A DNA stretch of 47,400 nucleotides from NCBI GenBank assembly GCA_003241825.1, contig QBLX01000004.1, positions 1 to 47,400 of the forward strand. The letters are read 5' to 3'. Position numbers and translations under genes: made by a program. The notes below the pieces were generated by a model. That model was not told the origin of the DNA and made no database searches. It worked only from the letters and a program-made list of their open reading frames with translations. Position 1 is the stretch's first letter. Each line of letters begins with the position of its first letter. This DNA is from Alphaproteobacteria bacterium. GTDB taxonomy: Bacteria; Pseudomonadota; Alphaproteobacteria; Caulobacterales; Caulobacteraceae. Below are positions 1-8,555 of this stretch, one piece after another.

Positions 1-74
1 CCCGTAGCTCAGCTGGATAGAGTACTGCCCTCCGAAGGCAGGGGTCACAGGTTCGAATCCTGTCGGGTGCGCCA
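1..74 (+). tRNA. tRNA-Arg(CCG), first ~3 nt cut off by window edge
   Basis: D-arm TAGCTCAGCTGGATAGAG; anticodon stem CTGCC/GGCAG around loop CTCCGAA (anticodon CCG); T-loop GGTTCGAATCC; 3' end CGGGTGC-G-CCA. Confidence 0.96.
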
Positions 75-135
75 CTTTTCCTGACAAGCTTTATGCCGAC
101 ACCTGAATCCTGGTGCCGCGCAGGGTTAAGATCCC

Positions 136-1098
136 TTGGTATCAACGATCATCATCGGGGCCGGGATGGCCGGGCTGGCCTGTGCACAGCGCCTCAGGTC
201 GGCCGGTCATGCGCCAGTCCTGATCGACAAGGGTCGCGGGGCAGGAGGGCGAATGGCGACGCGGCGGATGGCGACGCTTTTGGGAGATGTCTCCTTTGAT
301 CACGGTGCCCAGTATTTCACGGCCATGGACCCGGGCTTCAAGGAACAGGTCCAGGTGTGGGCGGACGCGGGTGTTGTCGGGCGCTGGGCGGCGGCCGGTG
401 GCGAAGCCTGGGTGGGCATACCCGCCATGAATGCGCCGCTGAAAGCCATGGCCAGCGGCATGGATGTTCGCTGGGCGACGCGGGCGACGACCCTTTCGCG
501 GACTTCGACAGGCTGGGCAGTCGAAACCGACGACGGCAACGTTCTTTCGGCCGATGCCCTGGTCACAGCCCTTCCGGCCGAACAGACTGCAGACCTTCTG
601 GCAACTCTTGCCTTACCCGTGGCTGGAACCCTGGCAGACGCTGCCCGCGCAAGGCCCAGCGCTCCCTGCTGGACCGTGATGCTGGCTTTCGCCGAACGAC
701 TGGCAAGCGTCGAGGACTGTGTTCGCGGAACCGATGCCGATGCGCTGGGCTGGGCCGCGCGCAACAGCAGCAAGCCGGGTCGCGGCGGGCTGGAGGCCTG
801 GGTCATCCAGGCTGGCGCAGACTGGTCGGTCGAGCATCTTGAGGCTTTGCCTGCCGAGGTCGAGGCCCGCTTGATGGAGGCGCTTTCGGTCCGTCTTGGC
901 ATGAGCCTTCCGGCGCCCCTCGTGCAGGCGAGCCATCGATGGCGCTTCGCGCGGTCGGATCAAGCCGGCGCAGGAGGGTTCTGGGATTCCTCAACCCGCC
1001 TGGGGGTCTGCGGCGACTGGCTGCTGGGATCAAAGGTGGAGGACGCTTGGCGGTCAGGAACACACCTCGCCCGGAGCATGGCCGCAGACCTTGGCTGA
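136..1098 (+). CDS. Renalase-like FAD/NAD(P)-dependent oxidoreductase
   Basis: N-terminal GAGMAG Rossmann motif, DKGRGAGGRMATRR, FDHGAQYF, C-terminal CGDW..G..VEDAW.SG. TTG start is uncertain. Confidence 0.85.
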   Translation: MVSTIIIGAGMAGLACAQRLRSAGHAPVLIDKGRGAGGRMATRRMATLLGDVSFDHGAQYFTAMDPGFKEQVQVWADAGVVGRWAAAGGEAWVGIPAMNAPLKAMASGMDVRWATRATTLSRTSTGWAVETDDGNVLSADALVTALPAEQTADLLATLALPVAGTLADAARARPSAPCWTVMLAFAERLASVEDCVRGTDADALGWAARNSSKPGRGGLEAWVIQAGADWSVEHLEALPAEVEARLMEALSVRLGMSLPAPLVQASHRWRFARSDQAGAGGFWDSSTRLGVCGDWLLGSKVEDAWRSGTHLARSMAADLG

Positions 1099-1124
1099 CC
1101 CTGGCCTGCAGCCCGGGCGGGCCG

Positions 1125-1898
1125 CTATTTCGGTTCGGCGGGCGGGCGGCTGCCGGTGTTGACCTCAGGCACATAGATGCCTGTCACCAGTCGGGTCAGG
1201 AAGCCGGCCGGCTGTGTGCGGGGACCATAGCTCGCGCACGGGTCTGGGTCGCTGATCGGGCGCGCGGGCCGGTCCGTTGGCGAGATCGCATCCCCGACGG
1301 AGTCTCCAAACGGTTCGGCCATCTGCAAGGCATCGCCAACGCGCGAAAGAGAGGGAGAGTCCGTGCCCACAACATTGGCGTTCCGGGCCCAGGCGAGGGC
1401 GGCCACCTGCTGGCCCTGTGCGCTGACCAGTTCCGCCTCGGCCGCCAGACCACCCGTGGTTCCGGGCACACGGAACGTGCCTGGGCCGGGGATGAAGATA
1501 TTGGCTACTGCGGCGACACCGGAGCCAGCCTGTCCGGTTGCGCCGATCCCGACAACACCGACGCGGACCCTCGCGGCTCCACGCGCCACCGGGCTGAGGA
1601 TGTAGCGCTCGCTGACCTCATAGCAGACCTGGCGATCGACCTCGCGCAGCACCGCCTGGCGTTCCGGCTCGGAAAGCTGGGTGCCGACGGGCCCGACGAG
1701 CACTGCCGGCTCGAGATAGACCCGATCGATCATGGCCGCTGCGGCGTCATCGCGGCGTTCCCGGATGGATGCGCGGAGCGTGTCCTCGCGCGTCACAAGG
1801 CCTTCGTACTGACTCAGGAATCCGGCGTTGGCGGCGGGTGCTGTCTGACAGGCCGTCACGGCCAACCCGGCCAGAACGATGGGCAGAATGGCCTTCAT
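1125..1898 (-). CDS. DUF3313-like lipoprotein
   Basis: ATG at 1898 with upstream AGGA; signal peptide with lipobox LAVTA-C; GFLSQY motif after the Cys is typical of DUF3313. Confidence 0.7.
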   Translation of the reverse strand: MKAILPIVLAGLAVTACQTAPAANAGFLSQYEGLVTREDTLRASIRERRDDAAAAMIDRVYLEPAVLVGPVGTQLSEPERQAVLREVDRQVCYEVSERYILSPVARGAARVRVGVVGIGATGQAGSGVAAVANIFIPGPGTFRVPGTTGGLAAEAELVSAQGQQVAALAWARNANVVGTDSPSLSRVGDALQMAEPFGDSVGDAISPTDRPARPISDPDPCASYGPRTQPAGFLTRLVTGIYVPEVNTGSRPPAEPK

Positions 1899-2086
1899 GA
1901 TCGATCCTGTGATTACTTGCTGGCGGGCTGTTTCCGGACCTGTCCGGTCCGGCACCCCTGTCTATAACGCGGGCGACTGCAAAAGGATCGGTCATCTTCA
2001 CCTTGCCCGTCGTCATCGTCGATTTCTGCGGCTAGGCTTGGATTACGTCGGGCCCGTTGCCGGACGGAATGATCCGGAACCAGACC

Positions 2087-3424
2087 ATGCGGCCTTTCCA
2101 TCTCCTGACCGGCGCGGCCGGGGCTGTGCTTCTGCTGGCGAGTTCCGGGGCCGCGACGGCGCAGACACCACCGGCCCCCTTTCCTTATGACGCCCAGCGG
2201 GGCGTCTTCACCTTTGCTGCCGGACTGGAAAAGTCCCTGCCCGCTGTCGTTCAGGTCACCACCCTGGGCCAGTCACGGGGACCAACCACTGGCGAGACCG
2301 AGCCAAAGCCCATTTCAGGTGGGTCCGGCGTCATCATCGACGCGGCCCAGGGGATTATCGTAACCAACAATCACGTGGTGGAAAACGGGACGAAATTCAC
2401 CGTCGACCTGACTAATGGCAGGCTGTTCGATGCCGTCCTGGTCGGAACGGACAAGGCGACCGACATCGCTGTTCTGAAGATCGTCGCCGAGGGCCTGTCG
2501 CAGGTCGAGACTGTCGATTCCGACACCCTGAGGACGGGCGATCTCGCCTTTGCCGTCGGCTATCCCCTGGGGCTCGACCAGACCCTGACGATGGGAGTGA
2601 TCTCGGGGCTCGGGCGTTCAGGCCTTGGCGATGCTGTGGAAGACTATATCCAGACCGACGCTGCCGTGAACTCGGGCAACTCGGGAGGCCCCCTGCTGGA
2701 CAGTCGCGGGCGACTGATCGGAATCAATACAGCAATCCTGTCAGGCGGTGGCGACCCTCTCGGCCTCGGCGGAGGCGGAGGCAATGACGGCATCGCCTTT
2801 GCCGTGCCAACCCGGATCATGACCTTCGTCGTCGATCAGATCCGCGCCAACGGCGCTGTCAGCCGGGGCCAGATCGGCGCGATCCTCGGGTCGCTGACAG
2901 CCGAGCGCGCGCGGGACCTGGGCCTGGGCATTGTCCGGGGGGCCATTGTCGAGGACGTCGCGCCCGGTTCGCCGGCCGAAGGCGCCGGCTTGCGCAGTGG
3001 CGACATCATTGCCCGCATCCAGAACCGGCCCGTCGCCAATGCGGGATCGGTCCTGGCCACGGTCGGGATTGCCCCGCCCGGAACGCGGCTTGATCTGACC
3101 TTCATGCGCGACGGACGAGACCGGACCACGTCGATGATCGTGGCTGATCCTTCAGCCCGGCGTTTGATCGTGGGCTATGGTTCCATCCAGGTTTCAGGTG
3201 CGCAGTTTCGCGATGATGCCGACGGCGTGGTCGTGGGTTCGGTCGAGGCGGGCTCCCGGTCCGCCGTGCAGAATTTGCGGGCTGGCGACCGTGTCCGGTC
3301 CATCAACAAGGTGCCTGTGGCAGACCTTGCTGCGCTCGGACTTGCACTTGGCACGCTGGATGGGACGGCCGAACTCGGGGCGGAACGGAACGGAACAGCG
3401 CTGACTGTCACCCTGGGAGACTGA
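2087..3424 (+). CDS. HtrA/DegP-family periplasmic serine protease with PDZ domains
   Basis: Signal peptide; GSGVII, TNNHVV (His), TDIAVLK (Asp), QTDAAVNSGNSGGPL (Ser); one clear and one divergent PDZ domain. Start may be 2069 or 2087. Confidence 0.9.
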   Translation: MRPFHLLTGAAGAVLLLASSGAATAQTPPAPFPYDAQRGVFTFAAGLEKSLPAVVQVTTLGQSRGPTTGETEPKPISGGSGVIIDAAQGIIVTNNHVVENGTKFTVDLTNGRLFDAVLVGTDKATDIAVLKIVAEGLSQVETVDSDTLRTGDLAFAVGYPLGLDQTLTMGVISGLGRSGLGDAVEDYIQTDAAVNSGNSGGPLLDSRGRLIGINTAILSGGGDPLGLGGGGGNDGIAFAVPTRIMTFVVDQIRANGAVSRGQIGAILGSLTAERARDLGLGIVRGAIVEDVAPGSPAEGAGLRSGDIIARIQNRPVANAGSVLATVGIAPPGTRLDLTFMRDGRDRTTSMIVADPSARRLIVGYGSIQVSGAQFRDDADGVVVGSVEAGSRSAVQNLRAGDRVRSINKVPVADLAALGLALGTLDGTAELGAERNGTALTVTLGD

Positions 3425-3456
3425 CGGCGAGGCTTGAGCCGTCGACATCCTCATAC

Positions 3457-3505
3457 AGAAAAACGCCCGCGTGCCGGGAGGGGGAGGGAGGCAGGCGGGC
3501 GTTTC
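3457..3505 (-). terminator. Intrinsic terminator of the candidate sRNA
   Basis: Minus strand reads AAACGCCCGC-CTGCC-loop-GGCA-C-GCGGGCGTTTTTCT. Confidence 0.7.
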
Positions 3506-3616
3506 GCTTGGAGGAAGCGTCGGCCCTACGAAGCCCGTACTGGACACATCCAGGGGGGCTGGGGGGGGCTGTTCAGGGTCCCGGACGCGTCCGAACTCCG
3601 AAAGGCCGACAGGAAA
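3457..3616 (-). ncRNA. Candidate small regulatory RNA with three C-rich-loop hairpins
   Basis: Long hairpin 3519-3610 pairs well only on the minus strand (many G-U pairs); small hairpin with CCUCC loop at 3505-3519; terminal hairpin 3461-3504 followed by a U-tract. Confidence 0.65.
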
Positions 3617-3730
3617 CGTTTTCATGCCCCAAACGGGCGGGCAGAGGACCGAAACGGGGCCATTTCATGTCGTGCACATTTTCATGGAAGGACTGGCTAT
3701 TTGCGACAGCGGGCCTAGGTTTTACCCACA

Positions 3731-4075
3731 ATGTCGATGGATATCTCTTCACCTTCAGGCTCTATCCCCCTCGCGGGCCCGGTTTTCTTTGATCGCCGCG
3801 AACTGGACCTGATCCTGCGGGTCTACGGACGGATGGTCGCCCAGGGCGAATGGAGAGACTATGCCATGGTCGGTCACAAGGACTTGGCCGAGTTTGCTGT
3901 CTTCCGTCGCCATGGCGATGCACCGGCCTACCGGATTGAAAAACGCCCTGCCCTGCAGGCCCGTCAGGGGCAGTGGGCGGTTATCGGCGAAGGCGGGATC
4001 GTACTGAAACGGGGGCGCGACCTTGCACAGGTTCTGCGGATCTTCGACAGCCGCCGGTTCAACGTCGTCGAATAG
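3731..4075 (+). CDS. DUF2794-family protein
   Basis: FFDRRELDLILRVYGRMVAQGEWRDYA...YRIEKRP...LKRGRDL is characteristic of this alphaproteobacterial family. Confidence 0.85.
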   Translation: MSMDISSPSGSIPLAGPVFFDRRELDLILRVYGRMVAQGEWRDYAMVGHKDLAEFAVFRRHGDAPAYRIEKRPALQARQGQWAVIGEGGIVLKRGRDLAQVLRIFDSRRFNVVE

Positions 4076-4077
4076 GT

Positions 4078-5484
4078 TCAGAACGGAAAGAAGATCGGGA
4101 TCGCAACCATGGCCGCGACCCATGTGACGAGGTTGAGCGGCATGCCGACGCGAACAAAGTCCATATAGCTGTACTTGCCCATCTGGAACACGAGCACATT
4201 GGTCTGATAGCCGAACGGGGTCGCAAAGGCCGCGCTCGCCGCCATCATCACTCCCACGAGGAAAGGCCGCGGATCGACCCCGAGGCTTTCCGCCAGTGCA
4301 ACGGCGATCGGTGTGATCAGCACCGCCACCGTGGCATTCGATAACAGCTCCGTGGCGAACAGGGTCACACCGTACAGGATGATCAGGGCGACCAAGGGCC
4401 CGAACGGGCGGATCACATCGATCATGCGGCTGGCTCCAGCCTCGGCCAGGCCCGTGACCTCGATGGCGGTCCCGACCACGACCATACCGGCGATCAGCAG
4501 CAGGATATCGGGTCGAAGCCCGGAGTAGGCTTCTTCCGGCGTGATCACGCGCAACAGGATCAGCGCCACTGCGCCCGCAAAGGCCGAAGCCGCTATCGGA
4601 GCGACGCCGAGACCGGCTGCAGCAACCACCGCGATGAAGACAGCCAGCGCAATCAGGGCCTTTCGTGGCTGCAAGGGTCGGTCGGCCGCGCCATACAGAG
4701 CGACATCCCCCAGGTGCGCGTCGCCGGATCCGTCGGACTGGTTTCGCGCCTCGCCGAGCCGGGGCAGCCCGAAAGGCAGCCTGATCCGACGCGCCGCCCT
4801 CTGCCTGAGGTCAGCCTCGGCCTGTTCTTTTTCAGCCTTGGCCCGGGCAAGCTCACGCTCGTCTGCCTGGACGGTCCGGCCCAGCTGCCTGGCTCCCACA
4901 AAATACAGATAGGCCGCTCCCGCTAGGGCAATGACGAGCCCGACCGGCGTGATCTCGAAAATACTGAAAACCGGCTGGCCCGCATTACTGGCCATGTCAT
5001 TGACCAGAAGATTGGTCGACGTCCCGATCAGGGTCAGCAGTCCACCCATGACCGACAGGTGACTGAGCGGCATCAGAAAGCGCTTGGGTGAGAGATGAAG
5101 CGACTGGGCCATATCGCGAACCACCGGTGCCGCCAGGACGACGACCGGAGTGTTGTTCAGAAACCCGCCAAGCGATCCGCACATGGCCAGAACCAGCCAG
5201 ATGCCGCGAGCGCCCATCCGTGCGCACAGGGCAGTCGCCTTGCGGATTAGAAGCCCCAGAAGCCCCGAAATTTCAATTGCATAGGCAATGACGAACAGTC
5301 CGGCGAGAGTGATGACCGCGGGACTGGCAAAGGCACCCTGCACCTCCACCGGTCGGACGACCCCCAGAAGCAGCAGAACCGCTGCGCCGGTAAGGGCGAC
5401 CACATCCGGCCGCATCTTCCCGTGGATCAGCACACCAACGACACTCACGAGGACAACCAGAGCCGCGACTTGATCGAAATTCAT
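4078..5484 (-). CDS. SLC13/CitMHS-like permease
   Basis: Many hydrophobic helices; FLNNTPVV, GLLTLIGTSTNLLV, ELLSNAT and FATPFGYQTN motifs; GGAGG upstream of ATG 5484. Confidence 0.85.
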   Translation of the reverse strand: MNFDQVAALVVLVSVVGVLIHGKMRPDVVALTGAAVLLLLGVVRPVEVQGAFASPAVITLAGLFVIAYAIEISGLLGLLIRKATALCARMGARGIWLVLAMCGSLGGFLNNTPVVVLAAPVVRDMAQSLHLSPKRFLMPLSHLSVMGGLLTLIGTSTNLLVNDMASNAGQPVFSIFEITPVGLVIALAGAAYLYFVGARQLGRTVQADERELARAKAEKEQAEADLRQRAARRIRLPFGLPRLGEARNQSDGSGDAHLGDVALYGAADRPLQPRKALIALAVFIAVVAAAGLGVAPIAASAFAGAVALILLRVITPEEAYSGLRPDILLLIAGMVVVGTAIEVTGLAEAGASRMIDVIRPFGPLVALIILYGVTLFATELLSNATVAVLITPIAVALAESLGVDPRPFLVGVMMAASAAFATPFGYQTNVLVFQMGKYSYMDFVRVGMPLNLVTWVAAMVAIPIFFPF

Positions 5485-5531
5485 CCAGCACGCCTCCAAC
5501 GCAACAGCGTATGCGTGCTAGGCTGGTTCCC

Positions 5532-6392
5532 ATGGCACGCCAAGGTCGTTTTGTTCGCGTTTTCCGGTCAGCCGCCCTTGTTACCGGGGCCCTTGTCCTG
5601 GTGCAGTGCGATCGGGAACGGAAGGCTGACCCCGCGCCGATCGCTCCGGAGACAGTCCCGTCCGTGGACATCCCCGTCCGTCCGCTGGCTCCTCCCCCAC
5701 CGCTCAAGCGCGCCGACCTGATTACGGCTTTGGCACAGGCAGCATCGGTCTATGCAGCGGGTGCAACGGTATCCGGCACTGATTCTCTGGTCGGTCGAAC
5801 CTTTTCGCTGAGATTGCCATTCGGCTGTGGAGGGCCCGCGGCCACCGGACAGGCCAGCGGCGGCGTGGCACAATGGCAGTGGAGTGACGATCAGACATCG
5901 ATCCGCCTGTCGATGGTCCCGGAGGACTGGATTGCTTCGCCTCTCACCGCCGGAGCCGTTGTGGTCGAGGGTAGCGCGTCTCCTGAAAATGCCTGGGAAG
6001 CTGTCGAGGGTTTCTGGATCGAACGTCCCTGGCTCGCGACCGAGGGCTGCCCCGCGGCGAGCCTGTCGACCACGATCACCGCTCCGCCCACGGCCCAGTC
6101 GGTCGGGCTGGTCGCCGTGTATCCGGAAGGGGGGTCACGCCTGGGTCGCCGCAACGGCCGCGCCTACCAGCACACGCTCCGGGCCGAAGGCGATACGCCT
6201 CTGACTCCGCCGACAGGAGGGTTTGCTCTGAGACTCGAGGGCCGGGTCGTCGGGTTTCCGAACGATCGGGCGGGACGATGCGTAGCCTTCAATCCGGACC
6301 AGCGTCCGACCTGCGTTGTCGCCGTCCAGCTTGATCGCGCATCGTTTGAAACGGCCACCGGAGAAACCCTGGCGGAATGGCGAATCAATTGA
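5532..6392 (+). CDS. Hypothetical exported protein, possibly a lipoprotein
   Basis: Long ORF filling the gap; basic N-terminus plus hydrophobic stretch ending LVLVQ-C; Pro-rich linker; no recognised domain. Confidence 0.65.
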   Translation: MARQGRFVRVFRSAALVTGALVLVQCDRERKADPAPIAPETVPSVDIPVRPLAPPPPLKRADLITALAQAASVYAAGATVSGTDSLVGRTFSLRLPFGCGGPAATGQASGGVAQWQWSDDQTSIRLSMVPEDWIASPLTAGAVVVEGSASPENAWEAVEGFWIERPWLATEGCPAASLSTTITAPPTAQSVGLVAVYPEGGSRLGRRNGRAYQHTLRAEGDTPLTPPTGGFALRLEGRVVGFPNDRAGRCVAFNPDQRPTCVVAVQLDRASFETATGETLAEWRIN

Positions 6393-6407
6393 TCGATGCG
6401 CTGGCCT

Positions 6408-7094
6408 TCAGGCCTGAAGCCTGTAGCCCCCGGCATCGGTCAACAGCAGCCGCGCCTGACCCGGCTCCAGCTCGATCTTCTGACGAAGGCGATAGATGTG
6501 GGTCTCGAGGGTATGGGTCGTCACACCGGCATTGTAGCCCCAGACCTCTGTGAGCAATTCCTCGCGCGACACAGCCTTCCCGCCCGAGCGGAACAGGTAT
6601 TTGAGGATGCTGGTCTCCTTTTCCGTCAACCGGACACGTTTTCCCTTCTCATCAGCCAGCGACTTGGTAGCCGGCCGAAACTCATAGGGTCCGATCTGGA
6701 AAACAGCGTCCTCGGACTGTTCGTGACTGCGCAGATGGGCGCGGATGCGGGCCAGAAGCACTGCAAACCGGAAAGGCTTGGTGACATAGTCATTGGCCCC
6801 CGCATCCAGCCCAAGCACGGTATCGGCGTCCGATCCCTGGCCCGTCAGCATGATCACCGGGGTGGTGATCCCCGACTGACGCAGCAGGCGGCAGGCCTCC
6901 CGTCCATCCATGTCCGGCAGATCGACGTCGAGCAGGATGAGTTCGGCCCGGATCTCCCGACCCAGTTTCAGCCCCTCCGTCGCCGTGGAGGCCTGAACCG
7001 GTCGAAACTCCTCATGCAGCGCCAGCTGTTCCGCCAGGGCTTCACGCAGGTCGTCATCGTCATCGATGATCAGGATCGTCTTGGATGTGGCCAT
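6408..7094 (-). CDS. cenR: OmpR-family response regulator CenR
   Basis: Receiver domain (IIDDDDDLREALAEQL, LLDVDLPD, KPF) plus winged helix (HTLETHIYRLRQK); sequence and position next to yggS match alphaproteobacterial CenR. Confidence 0.85.
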   Translation of the reverse strand: MATSKTILIIDDDDDLREALAEQLALHEEFRPVQASTATEGLKLGREIRAELILLDVDLPDMDGREACRLLRQSGITTPVIMLTGQGSDADTVLGLDAGANDYVTKPFRFAVLLARIRAHLRSHEQSEDAVFQIGPYEFRPATKSLADEKGKRVRLTEKETSILKYLFRSGGKAVSREELLTEVWGYNAGVTTHTLETHIYRLRQKIELEPGQARLLLTDAGGYRLQA

Positions 7095-7162
7095 GGGTAC
7101 AGAATGATAGGGCTTGGGCTCCGCGCCAAGGCACGTGCCCGAAAAAACGTGCCGGGCTGGGC

Positions 7163-7873
7163 CTATAGAGGCCCCGGCAAAGCTTTTCGTTCCCCGAACA
7201 GGGCCGATCCGACGCGGACATGTGTCGCACCCTCGGCGATTGCCGCTGCATAGTCGTTGCTCATGCCCATCGAGAGCACCGAAAGCCCCTCATTGGCGGC
7301 AATCTGGAAAAGTCGACGGAAATGGGGTGCCGCCGCCTCATCGACAGGCGGAATGGCCATCAGCCCCTCGACCCGAAGGCCATATTCATGGCGCGCCAGG
7401 GCCAGAAGACTGGCGACGTCAGGGACCAGCACTCCCGCCTTCTGGGGTTCGGCCCCCGTATTGACCTGGATCAGCACGGTCGGGTCACGCCCTGTCTTCT
7501 GGATCGCGTCGGCGAGGGCGCGGGCCATTTTCGCCCGGTCGAGAGTTTCGATGACATCGAACAGGGCGACTGCGTCCTCAGCCTTGTTGGACTGGAGGGG
7601 CCCTATCAGGCGGAGCTGAAGGTGTGGCAGACCGGCACGGCGCGGGCCCCAGCGACCCTGTGCTTCCTGAACCCGGTTCTCGCCAAACACTCTCTGGCCC
7701 GTTGCCAGAGCTGCATCGATCGCATCAGGCTCCTGGGTTTTGGAGACCGCCACAAGGGTGACCCCTGCGGGGTCCCGTTCGGCAGCAAGTGCGGCAGCCT
7801 CGATGTCGGCACGCACCAGGGCGAAACGCTCGGATATGGACGTGTCAGCAGAAGCGGGGGATGAGGGAGTCAT
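7163..7873 (-). CDS. yggS: YggS/PLPBP pyridoxal-phosphate homeostasis protein
   Basis: LVAVSK, FGENRVQE, IGPLQSNK, GLMAIP, LSMGMSNDY, GATHVRVGS motifs. Confidence 0.95.
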   Translation of the reverse strand: MTPSSPASADTSISERFALVRADIEAAALAAERDPAGVTLVAVSKTQEPDAIDAALATGQRVFGENRVQEAQGRWGPRRAGLPHLQLRLIGPLQSNKAEDAVALFDVIETLDRAKMARALADAIQKTGRDPTVLIQVNTGAEPQKAGVLVPDVASLLALARHEYGLRVEGLMAIPPVDEAAAPHFRRLFQIAANEGLSVLSMGMSNDYAAAIAEGATHVRVGSALFGERKALPGPL

Positions 7874-8555
7874 GATCCTGTCCAGCGACGCTCAGCGGCT
7901 TTGGCGAGCCGCCCTGCGGATGAAGGCCCATGCTCTATCGCGCGTCACAGCAGATGTCAGGGCATCCGGCGCGTGGCGCAAGGCCGCGCTACCGCCCCTG
8001 CTGGTGTTCACCGATCCCGAACGCCTGCCGAGCCCATGGGAGGCCGCCGCCTGCCTCCCGGCTGGAGCGGGCCTGGTCTACCGGTCCTTTGGAGCGCCGG
8101 ACGCTCTGGAAGTCGCAAGGCGCCTGAGACACATCACGCGAGAGCGCGACGTGGTGTTTCTGATCGGACTGGATGCTGACCTCGCGGATAGTGTCGGGGC
8201 CGACGGGGTCCATCTGCCCGAGCGGGCCCTTTCGGCTGCCTATGCCCTGGGCGGGCGTCGTCCGGAATGGCTACTGACCGGAGCCGTTCATTCGGTCGAG
8301 GCAGCCGCTGTGGCCCGCGATCTGGATGCTGTGGTCCTTTCGCCCATATTCAAGCCAGGGGGAGCATCCGCAATGAAACCGGCGCTCGGCCTGCCAAGCC
8401 TCATCGAGGCCAGTCGCAGGTCCCTGACGCCTGTCTATGCCCTTGGCGGGATCGACGCCGACAGGGCAGAAAGCCTCGTCGACAGCGGGGCCTTTGGCGT
8501 CGGCGGGATCGATGCTTTCGCCAGGGCCTTCGGCCCGGACCCGATCAGAATTTGA
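7872..8555 (+). CDS. Thiamine-phosphate synthase (ThiE/TenI)-like protein
   Basis: GADGVHLP, AVHS, LSPIF, PVYALGGI motifs; GGGAG SD before ATG 7872. Confidence 0.8.
   Translation: MILSSDAQRLWRAALRMKAHALSRVTADVRASGAWRKAALPPLLVFTDPERLPSPWEAAACLPAGAGLVYRSFGAPDALEVARRLRHITRERDVVFLIGLDADLADSVGADGVHLPERALSAAYALGGRRPEWLLTGAVHSVEAAAVARDLDAVVLSPIFKPGGASAMKPALGLPSLIEASRRSLTPVYALGGIDADRAESLVDSGAFGVGGIDAFARAFGPDPIRI

Noticed and set aside
55-120. GAATCCTG repeated just after the tRNA 3' end, suggesting an att-site remnant
   Set aside because: Only 8 bp match; there is no integrase and I saw no longer duplication of the tRNA end in the window.
3475-3570. G-runs on the plus strand as a G-quadruplex or plus-strand RNA
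   Set aside because: Better explained as the complement of C-rich loops; G-U pairing and the U-tract favour the minus-strand RNA.
3434-3812. Short ORFs overlapping the htrA-DUF2794 gap
   Set aside because: Low-complexity Gly/Arg-rich translations of the hairpin sequence, with no convincing SD.
7130-7156. GGCACGT repeats upstream of cenR as a sigma-54 promoter
   Set aside because: No TTGC -12 element at the required spacing. The repeats could be an operator or weak terminator, but this is unsupported.
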